A DNA stretch of 64,000 bases, taken from positions 63,240,001 to 63,304,000 of the forward strand of contig CM052822.1 of assembly GCA_028534125.1 (NCBI GenBank), in the 5' to 3' direction. Shown here piece by piece: positions 51,949 through 63,602 of this stretch. A program made the translations under genes and the position numbers. Under the pieces are notes generated by a model, which was given only the letters and a program-made list of their open reading frames with translations, searched no databases and was not told the DNA's origin. Position 1 is the first letter of the stretch. Each line of letters opens with the position of its first letter. The stretch is from Lama glama (lineage: Eukaryota).

Positions 51949-54900
51949 AAGACTGATTTTTATCATTTATGAAATTATGAACTCAGAATGTTTAAAGAAC
52001 AGCAAAATATTGTTTTCAAAGAACAGGGCAATTCCTGAGGTTTTATTTGGAATGAGTTCTGTATTAAGATATTTAATGAGAAAGAGTCAGAATAAAAGCA
52101 GAAAGCAGGACTTTCTGTACTTTCACCTCCTGTGGCACCTACCAGTACATCATGGACCCTCCATAAATGTTGAATGAATGAAACTGAATTTAAAAATGAG
52201 AAGAATCATTCACTTTTCAAATGGAAAAAAATGTAAAGATTGGTGAGCCAAACACTTTAATTGGAAGAAAATGCTTTCAATAGCCTTCCTGAAAGTTACA
52301 TGTACAGTAGCATGTTCTTTTTGTAAGCTCTCAGGCCTGAGTTCTAGTCCTCGGCACTGCTGTTAACTAATCTATTTTGTTTTGTGTTGGTTTTGCCTTT
52401 CGTTAGATCTTTACACCTCTTTAGTTTTTTCATCCAGCTGAGACTGAACAATTAAGAGAAGTAGAAATCTAGTAGGCCTAGGACTTTATTTAGATGTAAA
52501 TATAGTATGAGTAAAGTAGAACATAAATAATTTTCAAAGAAATTCCACTTGGCAATGTAAAGGCTCTCAAAACAATATAAGCAATGAGTGTTAATAAAAG
52601 TTCTAGGTAACTACAGCTGTTGAAGAATCTTTAGATAAATTTGAAGGAATAAGTAAAAGATCTAATGCAGGGAGGAAAAGGCTTTAGTTAGCTTGAACAA
52701 AGTGTTCATTACAATAGAGACATTTATTTCACGATCTCTGCATGCTTAATATGACTTTAGAAACACAATTATAAAGGGAAGATCAATCACAAAACATGAA
52801 TAGATTAAATAAGTACAGGAGTAGAAAATGCTTTGCTAAAATGTTTTTTTACCTCAATTACTCAAGATGAAGGTCATAGATGGATGTAGGACACTGACAG
52901 GCAAGCCTGGATGAGAAGCAAACTTAAATCTCAAAATTAAACAAAAAAGACAGGTAATTAACTGGAGACTCAGCTACAAACATATCAATTAACGTTTGAG
53001 CTGATTGAATTAGGCACTTTGTTATTATATCAAAATGATATGACTCATGTTAGCGTAAGATTGGCAGTAAATGAAAAAAAAGTTAAATCTCCTCTATACA
53101 GTGCATAAATGCTCGTCTACAGAGACAGTTATTTGAGGATTATAATTATCTATTAGTATCATTTAAAAGTCACTATTAGAGTGTTTTCTTTATTTTTTGT
53201 TTAATTTTAAGTCCTGGAATTATTTAACTTTTTTTTCACTTAGATGTACATTTAATACCATTCCTCTTTCTCTCATTTAAAGTCTTAAAAGAAAAAAAAA
53301 ATCATCCCTCTAATTTAGCCCCACTCAGCTCTTCAGAAAGTGAGGCTGAGAATGATGTTCTGTGCCATCGTGATGATGGGAAGGATACTTGTTATCTCGC
53401 CTGGGTAGGAGCAGGAAGAGGTGTTCCTAAGACAGGGGCAAACATGAGACAGTCTGCACCCACCGCTGAAAAGTCCTGTGCCAGCAGTTCTCTCCCCAGT
53501 TCCAAATCTATTGACAGCTGCTCCCTGCAGCAGGCTTAATTCCCTGCCAGGTGATTAAGGACCACTTGCCTTCTCACCCCTGTCTTATTGAACCTTTTCA
53601 GATTCCTAGTCTACCGTGCTCTTTCCTACTTCTGCGTCTTTGCCCCTGCCCATTTCTCTTCCGGGGATGCCCTCTGCTCATCCCACCCCTGCTTCCTGTC
53701 CCTGTCCAGTTCAGCTCTCAAGATACAGCTCAGGTATCAGTTTCTCCAGCATCTCCTCCCCATAATCCTCTTCCTTTCTGCACCCCACCCTGCTTCTCAC
53801 CTGGGTTAGGAGCTCATTATCTGTGGGGGAGTTAAACAAATAAGCAGTTTATAGAGCACTGAATGCTACTGCTTGAGGTAAAGATAATGTGTGCATATAT
53901 TAAGAAGAGACTGGTAGAAAAACTAAAAATAATAACATAACTACCCTAAGAAGGAGAGATTGGTATAATTGGCTGGGATGGGGTTGAGGGGAAGGGGACG
54001 TAAGTAAGCTAATTCCTCACCCATCCATGGAGCAGGATGTCAGTACAAAATGTCTAAAATGAATATATCAACAAGTAGCAGTTTCCACAGATTATATAAA
54101 GAGGTGGATGTAACCACCGGAGGAATTAGAAATAGAATTTTTTTTTTTAAGTAGTAGGTGCTTTCTGGGACACAAGATGAACGTGACGGGCTTGGAACAG
54201 AAGATCACTGCTCATCATTGTCAGTTATTTAACCAAGAGTAATTATTACCTAGGTTTAAATTTTTCCTTTGCTTAGAAGAAAGTTCTCAAACCCTGTTAC
54301 TCTTCACTGCAAGTTCACCAATTGTTCACAGATACACTGTCATTCTAACTTTTTTTAATCTCTGAAAAAAAAATCTTAAGCCATCTTCACTTTCCTGCCA
54401 ATTTTATGCAAAGCATTTACCCTTCTCTGCAGTATCTTACTTTGCCCCAGAGGTTCCGATCTCTTTCTTTGTCTTCCTCCTAAGACCCCCATATGCCCAC
54501 CCTTCCCCCTTTCTGTTCCAAGTGAGCTACTTTGAAGACATGACACTTAGCTGCTTAGCTACAGAATCATTGCTTGAGATCAATTGTTGAGTGTCTCTGC
54601 TCTGAATAGATTTAAGTTTTTCAAAAGGAAATTGTATAACAATTTGAGAAATAACCAGAATTGTCAGTAAGCTAAAATACTCGATGAAGTTCAATGCTAT
54701 ATAAATTTCGACTTCTAAATCTCGAATCATTCTTGGTAGTTGAAAAACCAAAGTATTTGTTCAACTTATAGTGTTTAATTATTGGTTACTTTAATCTTGA
54801 ATATTGGTAATCTGTTTTGAAGCTTGAGAAATGTTCTTTATAGAAAACTGTTGTTATTTTATGAATGCATAACTTATGGTAGCTCCTGGCAAAAAAAAAT

Positions 54901-56018
54901 TGCACACCTCTGAAAGTCCCAGCACCTGCAGCAAAAATCTTGTACCTTATTGTTTATATCCAGTGTTGCCTGACAACGTCCTACAACGAAAACTTAGTGG
55001 CCAGGCTTATTTGAGTGGCTTGGCTAAAGAAAGATGCATTTGTGCTCCAACTAACACAGCTTTTCACATGCAGCTTTATTCCAGGTTGAGGCTACATCAG
55101 AGCTCCGAGCAATGCCATCAGCCTGAAAATGATGTGCTGCTTCATAGTCAGCTCTTTGCTTGTTGTTACCTAGTATGAATTTTCACATAACTTTTCACTG
55201 TCTTTACACACTGTTCTATTAGTGTACTCGTCTACTTGCTGGGAAAAAAGGAGATACAGAATGTGGCAAAAACCCTGAGACTGAGCCCTGGGTTCCTTCC
55301 CCTAATGCTCTCTGTGTCTTTAGCCATGTCCCCTCACCCTTCTGCACCTCTATCCCTCATCTGTAAATGACAACCTTTAATTCTTGAAGTTACACGCTGG
55401 TTCTGTGTGTGGCGTGCTTGTGTTCTAACATATTAGGTCATATTTAATGTCCAGTACAGTTGGGTTTTTATGTTGTGTATTTACACTTTAGAGTAGGTTG
55501 GAGCCCTTTATGTAATCTGTACACCCAGAACATTCTGTCCATTTTGTAGAATTTTGAATATAATTTTGTTATTTTCTAGCTACTACTCAGGGTTTTAGTT
55601 TTACTGTGTTTACATTTTGGAATATTTTTCGCAAACATTCATTTATTTCATATCTCACAATCACAACTTTGAGCTATATAGCTGTTTTTATAAGAAAATT
55701 TGGCCGATTCTTTGAGGATTATTGTTTTCCAGAAAAGTATTGTCATAAAAGCAGTGGGTACCTGTAAAGGCTTTTGAAACCAGGTTCCTAGATCAAATCA
55801 GGATTCAACACTATCAAAGGGTTAAGGACCAGAGTGCTCAGTTAACATTATTGCTCTAGAATTTTGGTGTTGAACGCCAGGCCTAGGGTGAGGCACACAA
55901 CCGTTGCTCAATCCGTGCTTGTTGAATGTCTGTCTGTACTCACATACTACTTGATGTACAAGTAATGGCGTTAAATAAGAGAAAGGTTAGCATAGAAAGA
56001 GTCTCAGTGTATAGGGCG

Positions 56019-56381
56019 TGTCTTAATCTGCTTGGGCCTCTTTGACAAAATGCGTATAGACTGAGTGGCTTACACAACAGAAGCTTACTTCTCACTGTCC
56101 TGGAGGCTGGGAAGTCCGAGGTCAAGGTTCAGTTCCCAAATCAGTTCCCAATAAAGGCTCTCTTCCCTGCTTTCAGAAGTGCCCTGCTGTGGCCTCACAC
56201 GTCAGCAAGAGAATAAGAGCTCTCTCAGGTCTCCTTGTAAGAGTACTAATTCCATCATGAGGGCTCCGCCTTCATCATTACTATCATGATTACCTCCCAA
56301 AGATCTATCTCTAAATACTGTCACTTTGGGGTTTAGGACCTCAACGTATGAATTTGGGGGGATACATTTCAGTTCGTAGCA
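56019..56381 (-). mobile_element. Solo MLT1A-type (ERVL-MaLR) LTR, about 363 bp
   Basis: TG...CA ends, ggaggctgggaagtccgaggtcaagg, tgaatttggggggataca. Degenerate 5-bp TSD gggcg / aggtg. Confidence 0.88.
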
Positions 56382-56929
56382 AGGTGCAGATCCGTACCTG
56401 TTTACCTAAAATCTGAGCTGTTATTTTACACTAGTGGTTGGAAATTGGTCACATGAAAAAGCTAACTGTGTAATGTATAGATTGCATTGCTACTGATACA
56501 GACTAAAGAACAAAAGTTATGCTGCCTGGGAAGAAAAATTAAAACTATGATTATAGAGAAAATTTAAAGAATTTCTTATCATATGACTTACGCAGTTCTG
56601 AGTCAGATAGGAACAGATTTGGGGGGTTTTTTTGTTTGTTTTTTAACGTAATGAATCTCCCTTAATAATGTATTTGGACTTCTTATACAATCACTTACGT
56701 TGGCCTGTGATTAAAATCTTGGCCTCTAGTTGGAAGCTCAGGTGTTTTGAACCCAGATGTTTTGCTACCAGCCTAGCCTGTACAGGCTTTGTGATAAAAA
56801 GGATAATGCCTTTGTGTCTGTCTGTTAGACAGGGAACCTGAGTAGGGGTAAAACTGCCTGTAGCAGAATGGTGCCTGCTCTTCAATTCCTAGACCTTTTG
56901 CCCTGCATCACCTTGGTAGCTCTAACGTA

Positions 56930-57570
56930 ATACTACTGTGGGAATGTAAAATGATGCACCAATTTTGGAAAACAGCCTGGCATATTCTCAAAAAGTTAGC
57001 ATTACCATGTAACCCAGCAGTTCCACTCCTAGGTGTATATACTGAAAAGAAATGAAAACATACATCCACACAAAAATTTCTACATGAGTGATCATTAACG
57101 TTATTATTCATAATAGCCAAAAAATGGAAACAACCCAAATGTCCATCAAGTGATGAACAGATGAACAAAATAGAATAGATCCGTGATATATCCAGTGAAG
57201 TACTGTTTGTTAATCAAAGAAGTACTGCTGCATGCATGAACGTGGGCTAACCTCGAAACCATGTTAAGTAAAAGAAGCCAGTCACAAAGATGACATTGTG
57301 TGAGTCCCCTTATATGAACAAGAATTATATATGAACGTCCAGAATAGGGAAATCTATAGAGACAGAAAACAGATTAGTGGTTATCTAGGGCTGGGTTTGG
57401 GGATAAACAGAAAGTCTAATGGTTACGGATACTTTTGAGGTGATAAAAATGTTCTAAATTAGTTGTGGTTTGATTTTGTGACACTGACTAAACTAAAAAC
57501 CATTGAACTGCACGTGTTAAATGAGTAAATTTTATGGTACATGAATTCTCTCTCAGTAAAGCTATTTCTA
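56930..57570 (+). mobile_element. L1MA/MB-type 3' fragment, apparently inserted in a MER5-like MITE (remainder 57571-57705)
   Basis: cccagcagttccactcctaggtgtata, tggaaacaacccaaatgtccatcaa, aaatctatagagacagaaaacagattagtgg. Confidence 0.88.
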
Positions 57571-57916
57571 TAAATACCCATGACTGAGCCCCACCCATGA
57601 CCAATTAACTCAGTTTTGGCAGGTAGCTTTTGGCATCAGGTATTTTGTTTAACCTTCCCTAGTTAAGCTTTTACTGTACAGCCAGGGTTATAGCTACTGG
57701 TTTAGACTAACTACCAAGATCCTTCTCAGTGCCAGAACACCATGAACCCATAAATCTAGTGGTTTGTGCCTGTTGCATTGAACAAGGTAATTTAAAAGCA
57801 CAGACTGAAGAGCTGGTGAGCACCCCACAGTCCACCTTAATAATGGGCATGATTAATTTCTTTGGCTGCCATCTCTGAATAGAAACCCAGAAACTCCATT
57901 TGCCCTGCAACCAAAT

Positions 57917-57989
57917 AGAGAGAGAGAGGGAGAGGGAGAGAAAGGGAGGGAGAGAGGGAGAATGAGGGGGAGAGAGAGAGAGAGAGAGA
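57917..57989. repeat. GA-rich polypurine simple repeat
   Basis: agagagagagagggagagggagagaaagggagggagagagggag..gagagagagagagagaga. Confidence 0.9.
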
Positions 57990-58744
57990 TTGTTCTAAGT
58001 CCCAAAGGACACGCTAAGGACCCTCCCTGACTTATTCCCAGTTCTGCCTCTGCACCGAGCTGTGGACCGCTCAACCTCATCTCGCCCCTCGAGAGCACTG
58101 CGAGTTTCTAACTCGTGGATGAACAGTGGGCAAAGAAAGCAAATGAAAAATCCTTGATTGTGATCATTGAAGGAGGAGCCACATTTCTAAAGAGGAGCAA
58201 TTACTCGTTAAATGTGAAAAATAGCTACTCAGATCATAGTGTGTGATGAAAACCATTGAAGGATAGACTCAGTGATGAGTTTTAGCAGTTTCTAGGAGAA
58301 AAAAAATAATATCGTAATCAAGATAACTGGACGATTTTATTTCTTCCTATTTATGAGAGTTTAGCCAAGAGCATTTTAGAAAAACAATTTTTGAAAACTT
58401 GATTAAAAAACCCATCAGAATGGTACCACCTCCATTATCTCTGACACAGACAAATTAGACAGGTTTTGAAAGTGTTGAAGATTGAGCAGTTGTAAAAAGC
58501 AGAAGTGATAGATGAAAGTGTCATTGACACATCTCATAAGAATCTGTCGGTATTATTAGGAATCTAGGTAGGTGACCTGACTTTTTTATAACCTTCATCA
58601 GTTTAAGCTCTGACAGATAATAGCTAAGTGATCTTTACTGGTCACCTTAACATGTCTCAGTTTCTTTACCTATGCAGCAGAACTAATGTATCCCATGCCA
58701 AAGAATGTAATTTCCAGTTGCACTGAATATGGGCAAACATCTTA

Positions 58745-59250
58745 TTAGGTCTTGATTAGGTCAGGGTCTGGCACAGAAAACAGAAACTGCTGCAAGTGTT
58801 CCCTTGAATTCAAGTGAGAATGAAACGGAGAGAATTGGTTATCTGGGTGAATGAGGATCTGAGCGTCCAGCAGGAGACCTTAAGACAACCACAGGTTAAC
58901 AACAGCAAGTAGCCACTGCCTCCCTTTAGCTGAAGTGCCAAAGGGAGGGGGCATTTACTGTAGCACAAAGACACCTAAAGGCGTTTGGGGCATGGTTGGA
59001 GCTAGAACCAAAAAGAAGATGTGTCGGTCATTGGAGACATCATCCAGGGCAGAGAGGGAGGGAGAGAAATGGAAATGGCTTGGCCTCTCCTTTCTTTTTA
59101 GCGGTAAGTTTCCTGCCAGGGCCTCCCGTTGTCAGTTTCCAGCTGAGAAGGTGGAAAACAGCTTGCTGGAGTTGGCCCCTGCCTCCCCCAGCATAGAGCA
59201 GAGCAGAGCAAAGGTGAGGAATGGATCTTTGGGCAAACAGGCCTAGGACT
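58745..59250 (-). mobile_element. Old MLT1/ERVL-type LTR (3' LTR of the adjacent internal fragment)
   Basis: Terminus attaggtcagggtctggcacagaaaacagaaac. A PPT-like aaaaaaggggtgaac lies on the minus strand at 59257-59271. Confidence 0.6.
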
Positions 59251-59477
59251 TTTAGGGTTCACCCCTTTTTTATTCTGTATCCATTAAAACTTGGTACTTC
59301 TGCTTGATAAAAGCATTCTACTGCTCTCCCCAGCAGGGGTGAGTCAGTCTCATCTGTCATTGAGTTCATCTCAAGTCTCGAATCTCTACAGCCCTCCGTC
59401 CGTGTCAAGTGGTGACCTCTGAACTGAAACGGAAAATTAATACTACCAGCTGTCATGTAAAACAGCAGGGGAAATAG

Positions 59478-60190
59478 CACCTCATACCCATTAAGAGGGT
59501 TACTATTAAAAAATTAAAATTAAAAATAAAACAGAAAANNNNNNNNNNNNNNNNNNNNNNNNNNNNNNNNNNNNNNNNNNNNNNNNNNNNNNNNNNNNNN
59601 NNNNNNNNNNNNNNNNNNNNNNNNNNNNNNNNNNNNNNNNNNNNNNNNNNNNNNNNNNNNNNNNNNNNNNNNNNNNNNNNNNNNNNNNNNNNNNNNNNNN
59701 NNNNNNNNNNNNNNNNNNNNNNNNNNNNNNNNNNNNNNNNNNNNNNNNNNNNNNNNNNNNNNNNNNNNNNNNNNNNNNNNNNNNNNNNNNNNNNNNNNNN
59801 NNNNNNNNNNNNNNNNNNNNNNNNNNNNNNNNNNNNNNNNNNNNNNNNNNNNNNNNNNNNNNNNNNNNNNNNNNNNNNNNNNNNNNNNNNNNNNNNNNNT
59901 AAACTTGGAAAACATGCTAAGTGAAATAAACCAGACACAAAAGGAAATTTTGATTCCACTTACAAGAGGTATCAAGAATAGACAAATTCATAGACAAACT
60001 GGAATAGTGGTTACCAGGGACTGGGAGGAGGAACTCTGATGACAGAGTTTCTATTTGGGAAGATGGAAAAGTTCTGGGAAGAGTGATGTTTGTTGCACAA
60101 CATTGTGAATATACTCAATGCTGTTACACTGTACACCTAGAAATGGTTAAAAGAGTAAGTTTTATCTTAAGTATATTTGGCCACAAAAAA
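59478..60190 (+). mobile_element. L1MB-type 3' fragment spanning the second gap
   Basis: cacctcatacccatta..; atgctaagtgaaataaaccagacacaaaagga. Degenerate 19-bp TSD aaaacagcaggggaaatag 59459-59477 / aaaatagtaagggaagtag 60189-60207. Confidence 0.85.
59539..59899. other. Assembly gap (361 N)
   Basis: N run flanked by colinear L1 sequence. Confidence 1.
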
Positions 60191-60255
60191 AATAGTAAGG
60201 GAAGTAGAAAACAAAAAGAAACAGTTGATGAATATATGCAAAAAATGCCACGCTG

Positions 60256-61390
60256 TTACAGTCCCCATTTCTGTAACTGGTCACATTTCTCTTCCTGGTC
60301 ACATTCATCACTTCCTTCTTCTGCCATCCGTCCCACGTTGCCCTTGCCCTCTGCCAGCACCTCAGCTGCTCAGAGTGTTTTACCCGTTTTTGTTGAAGCT
60401 GAGCTTGTTCCTGGAAAAGCTGAGTTCTTGACAGTTCTGCCTTGATTAGACTGCTGTGTTTTTTCCCATTACTGTTACTGTGAACCTGGAAATACCCAAA
60501 GGGGTTCCAGTGAATCGGACATAGTCCTCTCTGCTTTGTTGCATAGAAGCAACTCTTGGCAATTGAGGTGAGTCATTCCAGGCATGAAAGTGACCCCTTT
60601 CTCCACCTGTTGGTTCAGTAGTGTGAGAAGCCCCATATGGCCAGATGGCAGTCTCTCCTACCCATATAATTCGGTCGTTGGTGTATTTTCTGGTGGAAGC
60701 GGTCCTTCCTGAGTACCTGCAGACCAGTTTAGCCCGAAGTTGTGGGAGCAAAACCTCCGTGAATTGTTTTAATAATGAGAAGAGGGAACCATTACTACTT
60801 CTAATCCTTGGTTCCCAGACCCATATTTTCTTGTTATTATTAAAATTTAATAATAAAACCACTGTAGATTGGCTCTGGGTCAGAGTGTTCCAGCACTCCT
60901 GCCTTGTAAGTGTTGTATCCCAGCTGGACCAAAGCTGAATCCTGCATAGTCCATTTCACCGTCTGACCCCTCTGTCAGCCCCGCTCCTTCTAGGGTTTGG
61001 ATGTGCAGCAAAAGAGGGCAATTTTGGGAGAGTGGGCCCTGCCTTACTTCTTTTGCTGTAAAATAAGTTTCTTGGCCAGCAACATTGTTGAATAGGATAT
61101 CATGATTGCAGATAGGACCTTGAGTAAATCTCCTGACTGTTAGAAACATTTCAGGCCAAGAAAGCAATGCATACTGAGCGTGGGTACAGCACTGCCCCCT
61201 CCAAGATGCAAGGAGTCTACTCTGTCTGCTGCTTCACTTGAGCCAGTCCGTGTCCTTGCCCTGTGCTGGATTATAGGGGACTTCCCTTTGGGCAGTGTTT
61301 CCTGGCTCTTGGGGCAGTTGTCTTACAGCAAGGTCAACAGTGGTCGAAGACTGGGGTGTGAGGCAGAGTCTGAGTGTATGTCATGTGGTC
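60256..61390 (-). mobile_element. Degenerate ERVL-class pol 3' region (integrase core, dUTPase-like segment, C-terminus)
   Basis: Minus-strand translations SWRGQ, HDILFNNVAGQETYFTAKEVRQ..EGAGL, RLPSGHMGLLTLLNQQVEKGVT and AEVLAEGKGN..EEGS..DQLQKWGL* (stop 60256-60258) match ERVL pol motifs. Confidence 0.85.
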
Positions 61391-61417
61391 AAATACAACC
61401 AGATCCGCAAATCAATC

Positions 61418-61515
61418 TTTTTTTTTTTTTTAATGGAGGTACTGGGAATTGAACCCAGGACCTTGTGCATGCTAAGCGTGTGCTCTACCGCTCTACTATA
61501 TCCAACCCCACCCCC
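61418..61515 (-). mobile_element. Camelid tRNA-derived SINE, short form
   Basis: Poly-T, then aatggaggtactgggaattgaacccaggaccttgtgcatgctaagc. Short TSD tcaatc on both sides. Confidence 0.9.
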
Positions 61516-61661
61516 AGTCAATCATTTTGAAACTAGTTGTGATGTTTCTTTCGTAAGTGAATTTAGTCTGATGAAAGCGCAGATTTTTTTTTCCTTCCTA
61601 AAATTTCAGGGAGTAACAGAATCATTTAAAGACTAAATGGAGACAATTTTTGGCGTCTTTC

Positions 61662-61842
61662 GCAAAATTCTTTGAAATGAATTCTTGTCAGATTGACTTC
61701 TTTAAAGATTATAATTGTGTAGTAAAATTAAGTTAAACAGGTTTTACACTCTTGGCAAAATTCTCTGAAATGAATTCTTGTCAGATCAATCTCTTTAACG
61801 ATTATAATTGGTAAAATTAAGCTTCACAGGTTTAATACTCTC
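61662..61842. repeat. Two-copy tandem duplication, period 93 bp
   Basis: gcaaaattct(t/c)tgaaatgaattcttgtcagat... starts at 61662 and again at 61755. Confidence 0.92.
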
Positions 61843-62201
61843 AGTTTCTTGGGCCCCTGCGTGAGCACGTTGGCCTACTGATGGTAAAGTGACTTCTCAC
61901 GTAGGGTTCAGTACCTGAAACGCACAGCTTTTGAGTTCTGGTTTCTGTTCCTGGATGTGTCAGCTAATCTTTGGGTCATGATTGAATGCCTCTTACTTCA
62001 GCTTCTTCGGAGAATGAGTTTTCTACTTCCCACTTCACACAAACCTGTAATACCTTCATTAAACAGTGTGTTTTCATTATAAGCAGAAGATGAAGGCTAA
62101 GTAAAAATTCAGGTCTAGAAAGAGGAAACAGTACTGACCCAGATGCTGGCAGGTAGTCATTCTGACAGTGAGGTCTCTGCCATGAACACTGACCGCATCT
62201 A

Positions 62202-62320
62202 TTTTTCTTTTCTTCTTCTTCTTTTTTTTTTTTTTTAAAGTAGAGGTGCTGAGGATTGAACCCAGGACCTTGTGCATGCTAAGCATGAGCTCTACCACTG
62301 AGCTGTTACCTCGCCTCCCC
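62202..62320 (-). mobile_element. Camelid tRNA-derived SINE, short form
   Basis: Poly-T/CTT, then gaggtgctgaggattgaacccaggaccttgtgcatgctaagcatgagctctaccactgagct. Confidence 0.9.
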
Positions 62321-62489
62321 TCTTACTGTGTCTTGAGTAAGCCTGGAACCCCGGTCCAAACCAGCCTTAAGAGTAACCAACCATCACTTCCAGTTTGGCT
62401 CAAGAAACTGTAATACCCACGTCCTCCAATTTTGCAGGCTGAGATGCTTGATGTGTCCATTTGAAAGTTCTTCTGATTTGTGGTAGGGT

Positions 62490-62820
62490 TTTCAGTTTTT
62501 TCTTTTCAATGAGAAAGTGAACATGTTCTTTGGAGAAAGTCTAAAAATTACAGAGAAGCATGAAACATGATCCAGTCACACAATTAACATTTTAGTATAG
62601 AGATATCTGATCATTTTTTGGTTCATATAGATATATAATTATGTTCTTTTTAAATATCATAGATGCATACAGTTTTATAGCAGCTTATTTTACTCAGCTA
62701 AAATGGCTAAAAATAAACTATACCAAACATTTTTCTTTGGTACCAGATGTTTTCTACTATATAATTTCTAATGCCTGCATAGTTTTCCATAGTGTGGATA
62801 TGCCATAATTCATTTAATAA
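62490..62820 (-). mobile_element. Old L1ME-type 3' fragment
   Basis: taatgcctgcatagttttccatagtgtggatatgccataattcatttaa. Confidence 0.65.
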
Positions 62821-63364
62821 GTTAGAGGGTTGAGGAAAAAATCCGTAGTTGTGCAGCTAAAGCCATCCCCTTAAAGTTAGTGTAACGCATAAAAACCGTC
62901 CACCAAACTCTCTGACACACACGAATCCTCGAAGGAATGATTTTTACGTGTGAAATGGTTATAGCTGTCAATCATTTATTCCCAAAGTCACAGTTCCAGT
63001 GCTCTCTCCAGGTTGTTAGGGGGTGATTATGGATTCCTGTCAAATGAGATGTCTACTATGTATTCAACATGAGGCAGTTTGTATTTTTCTCAGTCTGTTG
63101 CTCTCCCGTCGGAGGAAGTTAAGCAGATCTCAGTGAGCCGAAGGGGAATGGAATAGGCATCTAGCTGGCAGCACACGGCAGACCTGCCCAGGGCCCAGAG
63201 ATACGCGCATAAGCAGATTAGACTGTTACATAAATACATTTGTCTTGATTGTCACATTCCACCCAGGGTTACACCTACATGCATAAAAGTGGCTCCAAGC
63301 CTGGTTTTCAAAGCCATTCGCTTCCCTTGTTGCTTTTTAACAACGCAGCTCAGAGGCATTTTCT

Positions 63365-63580
63365 GTTATATCTATCAAAGATGATTAAAGGGCCGGGAAA
63401 GTTGATATATAAGGACAGATTAAGAAAACTAAATATTTACAACCTGACGGAGTGACAGCCAAGGGGAAGATCTTACAACTGTCTGCTGGGCTCGAATGAT
63501 GGAGGAGATACTGTTTTGCTTTCCCCGGTAACTCGATTTTAGGGAGAGCTAAATTCACAGGAAGTTTTCTGAGGGTGACA
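63365..63580 (+). mobile_element. CR1/L3 ORF2 C-terminal remnant
   Basis: Translation SKMIKGPGKLIYKDRLRKLNIYNL resembles the CR1 motif TKMIKGLENLSYEERLKELGLFSL. Confidence 0.7.
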
Positions 63581-63602
63581 TCACTTATGCTAATTAGATA
63601 AT

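Noticed and set aside
57618-57640. gcaggtagcttttggcatcagg resembling the start of the next EXOC4 exon (AAFGK...)
   Set aside because: It does not continue as KESEVLIG and lies in a MER5-like remnant. The next exon appears to lie beyond the window.
59539-59899. Missing EXOC4 exon hidden in the gap
   Set aside because: Both flanks are colinear parts of one TSD-bounded L1, so the gap is most likely L1 sequence.
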